Of a stretch of DNA of 64,000 bases, positions 11,187-21,000 are shown in pieces. How positions within the stretch are numbered: position 1 is the stretch's first letter; each line of letters opens with the position of its first letter. This stretch comes from Folioceros fuciformis (lineage: Eukaryota): assembly GCA_049999805.1 (NCBI GenBank), contig JBNGIO010006281.1, positions 108,687 through 172,686 of the forward strand, written 5' to 3'. The notes below the pieces were generated by a model. That model saw only the letters and a list, made by a program, of their open reading frames with translations. It was not told the DNA's origin and searched no databases. Position numbers and translations under genes: made by a program.

Positions 11187-13649
11187 CTAGTGTCTCAAGT
11201 CCCCGACCGGTTTTGTGCTTGAGAATAGTGGTTCCCTCCTAGCAGAATATGAACTTGCCTCAGTACCTGTTGTACGAAAGCTCAAAGATCCTGGGGTTCC
11301 ATAAGTGCCCTGACTTGGAGGTGCCATTCCCCTTACTGGAGAGGAGAAACGCCTACGTTCCAGAGCTTCTCTTGTATCTCCTGGTCCAGATCGTATATTC
11401 TCGTACTTCAGCATGCCAGGGATTGCAGGGGAGGCCCCGGTCCCAAACGCTGGATCCGCCTGGCTTTCTAGTCCAAAGTCCCTTTTCTTACTGAAGTACA
11501 GCCATCCTACAAACATCAACACGATGGAAAAGAATATAGGGCTACTCCACAGCTTTGCGTTGAAATCTGGGGGCCTTTGAACGGGCAGATTGGATATGTA
11601 AATGCCTACATATCCATCACCAAAACCAACCACCACCAACTTGTCACGATTGCCAGTAATCACAGGCCACTGAATTGGTTCAACCGGTGTGTTGACAAAC
11701 GAGAGGGATACCTCATCCATCGAGGAAGTAACAACAGGTCGTGTACCTCCTGCGCGAATGTTTGCATAACTGAAGCCAACTTGGGATGTTGTATTGTACA
11801 CATAAAGGTACTTGGGAGTGGCCACGAGCAGGTAACCTTTGATGGCATGAGGAACTAAGGGTCTCTCCACCTCCAAGGCCTTCTTCGTTCCCACCTGACA
11901 CTTGAAATGAAAAGTGTCCCCAGATAGCGCTACGTAGATAAGGTCACCGTCGACAGTGAAACCATAAGCTTTAGATCGTCCACCAGCATCGAACGTGTAA
12001 GCAACCACCTTAGAATCATTTAAGCCTTCACAAAAGCTCCTACGCACCGTCATATTCATAAGATCTAGGGATCCTGCACCCGTCTCTGTTAGAAAGAGAA
12101 GCCGCTGGGTATTTGGAGTCCGCAGGAACGCTAGCGGCCGACTGGGTGAGTGTGCCAATCCATGCAGTGACCCGTTCTCGCGAAACACCTGTAACTTTCC
12201 TCCTACGTCTGAGACCAGGAGGTAACGAATCTTGCCCACTCTATACATTTCAATGTTTGACACAGGCACACGATCCCCTGCAGCCCCGTGTTCTTTATCT
12301 GAGGCTGAGCCTTTCGTTCCACCTGCTGAATCTAAGCTTTCATCTTCATTAACAAGAGCCCTCTCACCATACATTGTAGCCAGAGAAGGTGACACCGGAA
12401 TACTTGGAGGTGGCACCAGCGAGTACATATCCTCCATCGACAGTGCATGCCATTCATCTCCGGATGAAGGTCCACGATACAGGGTTTCACATATACGGTG
12501 CATCAGCACAGCTCCATCAGAGTGACCTGTGATGAGAACTGTCTCGTTGGTGCGCAAAACATAAGAAAGCATGGAGGTAATTGGGGAAGTCGACAGAGTC
12601 TGATGATGCAGCAACAGATCTCCATAGGCCAGGAAAAGATAAACCTGGCCACTTTCATCACCCACAGCGACGTACCTACTGAATCCATCGTCTCCTTCGT
12701 GTGGGAGAACGTGCAAACAAGAGACATTGGAGTCCACCTTCACAGCAGACAGAAAGTGAAAGTGATCAGACCAGGCAGGCTTGTACCTTGCTATAGTCCT
12801 ACCACCAAATTTCTGGCGCAAGCTGTGGCTGTCAAGTGCTGCAGTATCATCCTGGTGCAGATGTTCAGTGCCACGTAGAGGTGTCTCGCCTTCGGGCCTG
12901 CCAGCAACCATCGATGGCGTTCTCCGCGGTGGCTCTGCTTCAACTGACTTCGGACTACGGCCACTTTCCGCTTCATGTAAATCGTGGAACTCTGCACGTC
13001 CTTCAACCCTCACTTTCTCTTGCGCTGTTAGGTTGATAACAGTGTCAGATAGCTTGCTAACAGCATCACCCATAGCAGCGACAAGGGATCTAAGTTGTGC
13101 AACCTGATCTTCCTGCCGCTGAGCCAACATCTCAAGCTTTAACAAGTGCTTCTCAGCACAGAGCTTTTGACGACCTACCTGACTGTCCTCCACATCTGCA
13201 AGCACAGTTTCTTCCCCAAGAACTGCCTCCATGCCCAGAGCTTCATGCTTCCCAACAGGTAAGACCTTGAATTCCAATTCGGGACACATTTCCACCCCCA
13301 CTCCTTCCAAATCTTCATCCAGCTGTCCTGTTGCCAGTAGCGGGTCTCTTCTTGCTGACTGCAAGCGCTCTAGTATCTCTGCCCCAAAAGCCTCATGCTT
13401 CCCAACAGGTAGGATTTTATATTCCTTCTCAGGGCACACATCCAGTCCCAATTCTTCCAAAGCTTCATCAAGCTCCGACGGTACCGGTAAAGGATCTCTT
13501 CTCACCAATTGAACACTGTGGCCTCCATCCGACGGCCGATCCACTCCCGATTGCATAACCTCTCCGCCCAGGACAGAACACGCAGGCGAGATCGATGCGA
13601 AAAAGATCATCCATGCTGCAATCAGCACGGTAAGCTGAAGACTTCTCAT
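11187..13649 (-). CDS. Uncharacterised type I membrane protein, At1g75140-like (signal peptide, coiled coil, beta-propeller-like lumenal domain, C-terminal TM); intronless, 820 aa
   Basis: ORF 11187-13796. ATG at 13649 begins a hydrophobic signal peptide (MRSLQLTVLIAAWMIFFAS). Family motif YKPAWSDHFHFLSAVKVDSNVSCLHVLP...YVAVGDESGQVYLF. TM LWSSPIFFSIVLMFVGWLYF followed by SKKR. Confidence 0.85.
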   Translation of the reverse strand: MRSLQLTVLIAAWMIFFASISPACSVLGGEVMQSGVDRPSDGGHSVQLVRRDPLPVPSELDEALEELGLDVCPEKEYKILPVGKHEAFGAEILERLQSARRDPLLATGQLDEDLEGVGVEMCPELEFKVLPVGKHEALGMEAVLGEETVLADVEDSQVGRQKLCAEKHLLKLEMLAQRQEDQVAQLRSLVAAMGDAVSKLSDTVINLTAQEKVRVEGRAEFHDLHEAESGRSPKSVEAEPPRRTPSMVAGRPEGETPLRGTEHLHQDDTAALDSHSLRQKFGGRTIARYKPAWSDHFHFLSAVKVDSNVSCLHVLPHEGDDGFSRYVAVGDESGQVYLFLAYGDLLLHHQTLSTSPITSMLSYVLRTNETVLITGHSDGAVLMHRICETLYRGPSSGDEWHALSMEDMYSLVPPPSIPVSPSLATMYGERALVNEDESLDSAGGTKGSASDKEHGAAGDRVPVSNIEMYRVGKIRYLLVSDVGGKLQVFRENGSLHGLAHSPSRPLAFLRTPNTQRLLFLTETGAGSLDLMNMTVRRSFCEGLNDSKVVAYTFDAGGRSKAYGFTVDGDLIYVALSGDTFHFKCQVGTKKALEVERPLVPHAIKGYLLVATPKYLYVYNTTSQVGFSYANIRAGGTRPVVTSSMDEVSLSFVNTPVEPIQWPVITGNRDKLVVVGFGDGYVGIYISNLPVQRPPDFNAKLWSSPIFFSIVLMFVGWLYFSKKRDFGLESQADPAFGTGASPAIPGMLKYENIRSGPGDTREALERRRFSSPVRGMAPPSQGTYGTPGSLSFRTTGTEASSYSARREPLFSSTKPVGDLRH

Positions 13650-14870
13650 AATGACTGACCCTGAGCCCCCGGAAGTGCAATCACTCTGCCGGGCTACCTG
13701 GCAAATTTGCAAGTTCAAAGCAACAGGACATTGCAGTTGGTACAAGCATACCCGGAAACAGCCAATCAGCAGATCTACTTCATCCCTCCTCTCCACGCAA
13801 GCACTTGCCAGCTCGTTGCCCTAACAGTCACAGGCTTGTCAAAAGCCTGTAAATTGTGCCGCATCCGCCTATCCGCCCATCCGTCTGTGCCCCCATACCG
13901 GCGGACGATGCCAAGAAGAGATGCATGTGCATCTGCATCTCCAGTTCCACCAGACGAAGTGATCACATATCCTCGCAGAAGGTTGTCCAAGCCTTCAGCC
14001 CGACGAATCCATGTCCCACTGCACGAAGGCAAGCGAGAGGAGTACCCAGGCAGTGGTAGAGTTCAGCGCAAACCCGTTTTCATCGACCTTGTACCTCGCA
14101 TCGAGCTGCAAATCCCCAGCCCAGGCACAGCTCCTGTCAGAAGGTTCGAAAACCTTCCTCCAGTACCACAACGCGAAGCAGTGCGGGCGGTGCTCATCAA
14201 ACACCGCCAAGCTGACAAGGTACATCCACAGGCATCCCCATCTCCGGATTCATCGATCCACCTTGCCCCAGCTCCTACCGAAAGTTGGTGGAGCGTCGAT
14301 GCCTACGGACCCCTCCACTGCGGCCGGAGCTTGGAGGTGGTGGAGGTGGCGGGCTGCGTGTGGCGTAGGGGTCGCGCCACTTGTCGACATACGTTATGGG
14401 AAAGGGACAGAAAGTAACTGCGTCAAAGTCATAGCAGAAATGCTTCCCCATCGGTAGAAAAGAATGGGGATGTTCCTAGAACGTCAATAGCATCTGGCAC
14501 TTGGCGCTGTCGATACGTATACATTAGGCAACCAGGCCTCACAAAACTCATGTTCCCAGCACCCAAGACGCCATGTTTGCTGCAGTTGACGTTCTGGTGT
14601 CGAGAAAGAAGAAACTCCTGACAACGAGCATCACATAGCCCCACAGGAAGTGATTTACCTCATCCCCAGAAGCAGGGACATATTCGGACAAGGATTTGAT
14701 ATTTGGGGTGGAACTATTCGAACGAAGAACAAGGACGTCGACGACACGCCGACACTGCTGCTGCAGCTTGAATGACAGGCAAGCCGGATTCACGATGGCT
14801 GGCACGCTGTACTCCTGCAGGACCTCATTGTATGTATGAGAACAGTAAAGTGCTTCATTGAGCTCAGCTC

Positions 14871-16274
14871 TCAGTTCCTTGTGACCCTGAGTGTGGATTT
14901 CCGATTGCTATTCGTTTTCACCCTGGTAACCTTGGGGGCACGGAGCTGTTCTGGAAGGAGGTTTCGCTGGGAGGATAGCTCGGCGATAAAGAGAACAGTG
15001 TGTGCCCATCCAGCATACTTGCCAAACCTTGTCACAAATGCCTGTGCAACATCATCATGCAATTTTGGTGTGAGCCGTTCCCCTGCAAGTTCTGGCACCA
15101 GGTAACGCACAGCAATCTGCGGATGACAAAACGTTCAGATGTTAGCTACACTCAGGAGGCAGTGGCAGGAAAGTGCTTTCCTTACTGTGACTCTCACCTG
15201 CCAAACATGGGTATCAACTGGAACTGCATGATGCTGGTCAAGAGAGAAGAGAGCAATGCAGGCCGCCACTTTGGGCCCAACACCAGGCAGAGTGCGTAGT
15301 CCTGTAACAGCCTCAGCGAGAGATGCCTTCCTTAGGGAGAGAAGCCAATCCCTGCCCGCATCCTTCTGAAGGAGTGCCTCTGCAGCTCCAACTATGAACT
15401 TTGCTCTGCAGCAATGAAAGTAAGGCAAGAATGTTTGAGGAAGGTGAAAAGTGAAACCGTAGGCGGCCATTTGTGGAGCACTGGGAAGAAGGTGGTGTCA
15501 CCTGTAGCCAAACCCAGCCTCACGCAGGGCAGTTTCCTTCACACTAGCCAGCTGCTCGAGGGTTGGAAATTGGTGGAACCGGAAGCCTCTAACTGTTCCC
15601 AGGTAAGTCCCCAAGCTGGCCAAATGATCCACCATGCCAGTGATCCTTTGCAGGTGATTGTTGGATGAACAGATGAACTGGAAGAGGCATTCCAAGGGAT
15701 CCTGCCTCAGCAGACGAGCACCTGACATGTATGGAGCAACTGCCGCAAATCTGTCATCCACTGCTTCAAAAGCGGTCCAGATATCCTTCAAAGACGTGTC
15801 CAGGTTGAGATAATCCTGAAGGACGGCTTCCACATCCTCCCCAGCCTCACTTGCAGGCACCAAGACATCAAGGCAAGACAGCTCCGTCTTTGCACGTGTG
15901 GCGCTGCAGCCAGAGGAAGGCTGTGCTGCAGCGGGTGGGTGCAGCAGAAACTCCACATCACGGTCAGTCTGGCGCAGGGAAACAAGGTGGGAGCCCACCA
16001 CACCTGTATACTCTGCATCACCCGTCTTCCTCCACCGGAATGTTTGGCCTGTGGGAAGGGTGAGCGCCAGACACAACTCATCAACAGTGACACCCAGACT
16101 TATCCAAGGCCCCAACCTCCCCCCACCACGGGGCTCCTGCTCTTGTTCTTGCTCTTGCTCAAGCCGCTGCTCAAGATCAAAGGTGAGAACTCTCCTTGTC
16201 CGCTCCCCGCGCACTCTCAACTCCTTGGCAACGATTCCGGCGCCCCCACCAGCAACCAATGGCCTCTTTCTCAT
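14871..16274 (-). CDS. OGG1: 8-oxoguanine DNA glycosylase/AP lyase; exons 16274-15502, 15405-15198, 15116-14871
   Basis: TLPTGQTFRW, RLLRQDPLECLFQFICSSNN, GFGYRAK, HhH-GPD LPGVGPKVAACIALFSLDQHHAVPVDTHVWQ, FGKYAGWAH. GT-AG introns keep the frame. The start ATG (MRKRPL) is inferred. Confidence 0.95.
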
Positions 16275-16726
16275 TCCCGCTGGCTCACTCTGCTGCCCAA
16301 CCCCAGAACCAGCACTAGTGCGCCTCAGTGCACGGTCCAAGGACGCTATCCTTCCATGGCTGCAGCATCTCGGCATGCTCCACATGCAGAGAATGAGCCG
16401 ACGATCCAACCAGCCAGAAAAGAAAATGGGATGCAAGCCCGCCTGACACCCAAATCCGGGCCAGCTAGAGCACTGTTGGAGAATTGTTTGCGCGTTTCTT
16501 GACGTGGAAGGATGCAAGGACATAGCAACTGCCGTGGCCTGTGCGGTGTACATGTACGTGTGGTTTACCAGTTTACCGTGAGGGTTGCGCGGTAAGCCCT
16601 GGGGGCTGCCGCCGCCGGGGCTTGGAGCGGAAGGCGGTAGGCAGGCGGTGGGGAGGAAGAAGAGCTGCCTTGCTTGCCTGCTTGTTGTGTCGCCCTGCCC
16701 TTCCCTCTGCCCGTTGCGAGCAGGCT

Positions 16727-17803
16727 ATGGCAAGTGGTGGGGATGGAGCAGGAGCCGAGGCAGCAGGGTGGCAGGAGAGCTTGATTCCCGGGCTGCCGGA
16801 AGAGGTTGCCTTCAAGTGCCTGACCCTCGTCCCGCGGCGGTGCCACCGGGTGATGCGCAGGGTGTGCAAACAGTGGTACAGGCTGCTGGACAACGACGAA
16901 TTCTTCGAGGCCCGGGCAAAGGCGAAGCTGGCTGAGCCGTGGATTCATGTCCTCACGCGCATCGAGGGGAGCCGGAACCCGTGGCGGGCCTTCGACCTGC
17001 AGTCCAGGAGGTGGATCAAGTTCCCGGACCTGTCAGCGTCCGTTTACGCGAAGCTGTCCCTGGTGGGGCTGCAGTGCCAGGTCGTGAAGGGGAAGCTGGT
17101 GCTGTGCGGGGGGAGATGGCAGGGCTCCATCATCAAGGACGTGCTGGTGTACGACCCCAGGACGGACAGATGGAAGGAGGGGGAGGGCATGCTTTCGCAC
17201 CGGGCGGATTTCGTGAGCGGAGTCATCGAAGACCAGCTATACGTCGCCGGGGGGAACAACGGGGTGCAGGGACGGACCAGGTCTGTAGAGCGCTACGACA
17301 TCGAGCAGAACCGCTGGTTTCCGGCGCCCAGCATGAACTACGACACTGCTTTCTGTCTGGGGGTCACCTTGGACGACAAGTTCTTCGTGCATGCCAAGGG
17401 CGGGCAGCCGGAGGAGACCCAGGTCTTCTGCCCCTTTCGGGGCCTCTGGAGCAGCTTCGAGGCCGAGATGCTCACCTCGCATCGGATCCATCCCTATGTT
17501 GTCAGCAATGGGCAGCTGTACAGGGCGGACATGCTGCCCACCAAGTTCGAGATCAAGGCATATGATGTGGGGAGCGATACCTGGATCAGCATGAAGCCCA
17601 CTCTCACCATCTTCCATCCCACCAAGTATGTGAAAGAGTTGGTGGACCTGGACCAGAAGCTGGGAATTGTCATGGATGACTTCAGTGTTGCCGTTGTGGA
17701 GATCGACCTTCCCAACCACAGCCTCAAGTACCAGTGGTTCTACTTGACTGCAGCAAATCCTTCCACCGACAGAATTGTCAGCTGCCATGTCCTGTATGCA
17801 TGA
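16727..17803 (+). CDS. F-box/kelch-repeat protein, intronless
   Basis: F-box LIPGLPEEVAFKCLTLVP...VCKQW; kelch repeats LVLCGG...YDPRTDRW and LYVAGG...VERYDIEQNRW. ATG at 16727 (MASGG). Confidence 0.93.
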   Translation: MASGGDGAGAEAAGWQESLIPGLPEEVAFKCLTLVPRRCHRVMRRVCKQWYRLLDNDEFFEARAKAKLAEPWIHVLTRIEGSRNPWRAFDLQSRRWIKFPDLSASVYAKLSLVGLQCQVVKGKLVLCGGRWQGSIIKDVLVYDPRTDRWKEGEGMLSHRADFVSGVIEDQLYVAGGNNGVQGRTRSVERYDIEQNRWFPAPSMNYDTAFCLGVTLDDKFFVHAKGGQPEETQVFCPFRGLWSSFEAEMLTSHRIHPYVVSNGQLYRADMLPTKFEIKAYDVGSDTWISMKPTLTIFHPTKYVKELVDLDQKLGIVMDDFSVAVVEIDLPNHSLKYQWFYLTAANPSTDRIVSCHVLYA

Positions 17804-18092
17804 ATGATGGATGGAAGTATGGATGGATGACAAATGGATGTTGAAGCTCAACACTAATATTAAGAATGAAGCTAGAGCTAGGAATGGCTTGCTTGTGTGG
17901 GTAGGGTATTGTGCTGGTACTGTACTGACTCAATGCTAGCCTTCTTGGTGGGTTCGCTCCACAAGATTAAAAAGCGTGTTCAACTGCATATTAGTGTACA
18001 AGTTGGCAGAGGGTGGATTAGTAAGTATGTTGTACAGGGCCAGTGCTGATGGATGGATCTACCGTTTGCCAATGGTAGATGCACCATCAGGG

Positions 18093-21000
18093 TCATGGCC
18101 GATTGTGCCGGAAGAGGATGAAGGCCACAAAGGCTAAGGAAGCGAAGATGAGGCTCATGCCTCCTAGGGCTACAAAGTCGAAACCGATGCGGGAGTAGTC
18201 TAAGGAACGGAGCTCCCTTATTCTGTCCCACACGAACTCACCGTCCAAGTCTGCAAACCGCTGGCAAGGGCAGGCCGGGCAAGGGCTGTGAGGAGGAGTA
18301 GGGCATGCCGTGCATGACGGCTGCTTGGTGTCGCAGAAGAAGCTGATGGATGTCAGGGTGTTGGTGACGTACTGGTAAGGGTTCGCCCAGAAGAGCCAAG
18401 TGTAGGAATTCGGTACCAGCAGCTTGGGGACCACCACGCCTGATGCTGTTATCCACAGTGACGAGATTATGGACACCGCGAATGCTGCAAGAATCGGCAC
18501 CGGCGTCGCTATGGTGAGCAGCATGCCGAAGTAGGTGACAGCCAGAGTGAACATGAAGAGACCCAGCCAGTACTGCAGTAAGTTGGCCAGAGAGTCTGTT
18601 GCGATGCCAGCCATTCCGTTGCCGATAGCCACGAACACGAGCGTGGCTATCAGAAGATAGGGGATTTCAGCCACCGCCCAGGATATCGGGTAGAAAATGG
18701 CTGCGTACATTCTGGCCCTCCTCTCCCTGAAGTACGCAAGCCGGTCCGTGCCGATCTGGGGGATGATATTGTTGGCGGTTACCACTCCGATGAGCATGAT
18801 CTGGATATACACAAACAGGGAGCTGGATGTAACAGCGAAGCTGTCCTTCTTGCCGATCTGGAAGTAAAGAGAACCCAGCAGCAGACCGATGGATATGGAA
18901 GCCGTGAGTCGGCCGAAGGTGTACTGGACATTCCTCCACAGAAACTTCTGTGTCCGTAGAAACACCATAGCCGCCTGCTTCCAGTACGAGGCTGCGTATG
19001 CGGTATCCACATCCTTGATGACATGCCTTCTGCTTTTCCTGCGCAGTTTGCCCAGCTCCTTGCTGTTCTCCTCCCCCAACTTGCTCTCTCGGTACACTCT
19101 TGCGAAGTCGTGGACTGGTGCCCTTCTCCTGATTCCAGCTCCCAGGATATCAAGCACGTAGGTGATCGCATTCTGGGAGCTGTGGTACTCAGGTACCTTA
19201 GGGATGGATGTGAAGTACCTCAGGAGCTCGGTGCAGTTCCAGCCCACAGGCCCGAAGTAGGCCTGCTCTCCGCCGGGTCCGAGGATGAGCACGCTGCTGA
19301 AGGCACTGAGCATTCTGGCACTGGGGTGCTGGATGGTGCTGATCACTGTCCTCCCCGTGGAAGCAATTATCTGCATGGCTTGCAGGATGTTTCGGGCACC
19401 GATGCTGTCCATACCAGAGGTGGGTTCGTCCAGGAACAAGACGCTTGGGTTCGCCGCCAGCTCTACTGCAATGGTGATCTTTTTGGCTATCTCGTAAGTC
19501 CTCCCCGTGGCATCTCTCAGAGAACCTACCAGATGCTCACTCACAGGATGGAGATCCAGTAGCTCCAGGATCAGCTGCACATGCTGCTCAAGATAGCCCG
19601 AATAGACGCTGTTTCCCAGCCGCAGAATGGCGCTGAAGCGCAGCGATTCTTTCACTGTCAGGAAGGGTTGATGGGCATCCAACTTCTCAGCGAAGCCCGA
19701 GATGCGTGAGAACGTGGCAACACTTGGCTTGTACCCGTTCACCAAAATCTCTCCCAATTTCTCGCCGTAGGATGCCCTGTTTGCTAGACACTTGAGGAGG
19801 CTGGTTTTACCGGATTTGGTGCCCCCCAATAGTGCTAGCATCGCTCCTGATTTGCAGTACCCCGAGACTTTGTTCAGTATCACTTGGCTCTGCCCCTTGG
19901 CATCCTTGCAGGTGAATGTGAGGTCGTGGAAGGAGATTGCCACGGGCGTGACTGGGATGTGGTGGTTAGGCCACCCTTTCATCCCCTCTTGATCACTGGC
20001 GCATGCCTCTTCGTCATAGGCTTCTCTCTGTTGTTTACTGAGAAAGTACGACCCCACATGACTGTCACCCCCAGAAGTCGAGGAGGATGGAGATTCGTCC
20101 AGCTGCAAGACCATTGGAGTGGCCTTCTCTTGTGGAAGGGAGTTGTTGAGCTCTGTGTACCTTAGTTTGCTCAAGGCCCGGTGTGCAAGGATTAATATGA
20201 GAACTGTCCACCCCAGAATCACGCCGAAGGAGACCAGTATCCAACCGCTCCCTGTCTTCAGCTGGTAATATTTGAGATACGCGTCCCCAGTCTGCATGTC
20301 GGGATTTACCTTGCAGAATGGCAAGTCCAGATGGAGGTGACAAGAATCCTCGTAAGCACTACCTCCGATTTGGGTGATGCAAAAGGCCATGTTTGCCCAA
20401 TGAATTGGATTGGCGTAGTACATCCACTTCCACCACATGGGAATGTTGTTGGGATAGATGAGGAAGCCGGAAAAAAGGAGGAATATGGAAACGAGTAATC
20501 CTGTGAGAGGTGACCCACTGAAGGTGTTAAGGATTTCAACTGAATACCAACACGCTCGAAGGGGCTCGCATTTTGCTTAGAATTGCTTATTTGCGACCGA
20601 CCAGGATACTGGTTCGAGGCTTACCACCCAATGCACTTGCAGCTTCCAGTATTGGTGAGATGGCGCTCAGTAGGAAGAAGAGACATGATCCAAAGAACGC
20701 TATAGAGCACAGAAGTCCCCAATACACGAAGAAGTGCAGTCCACCGTCCTTGGTGGAAAGGCCTGCTCCAAAATAAACGCAAACACAATAGAGAGATCCC
20801 TGCCAGTCCAAGTCCAGTACAGCAATTTGTTAGAGGTTGTCTTGAACGGCGCTATCTTAGTCGAGGATGACTTATCAGGACCCACCTCAACTATGGACTG
20901 TGGCAAGGAAATGGCACTATGAGCGATAACGTAGGACGAAGCTCTGAAGAAGCGCTGGTCCCATTGCTTGTAGAATATAGGACGTTGCATCATGTAAACA

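Noticed and set aside
13650-13796. N-terminal extensions of ORF-track calls (also 16275-16553 and 16541-16726)
   Set aside because: Downstream ATGs fit the signal peptide or family N-termini better.
13707-14417. 236-aa plus-strand ORF
   Set aside because: Non-ATG start, no domain, and it overlaps the expected promoter of the minus-strand gene.
16939-17854. Alternative-frame and antisense ORFs over the F-box gene (similar ones at 22211-24279 over the ABCG)
   Set aside because: Shadow ORFs produced by high GC3 codon usage.
20595-20630. GGTTCGA T-loop-like motif
   Set aside because: It lies in an ABCG intron at the splice donor and no cloverleaf can be built. No tRNA or rRNA gene was found in the window.
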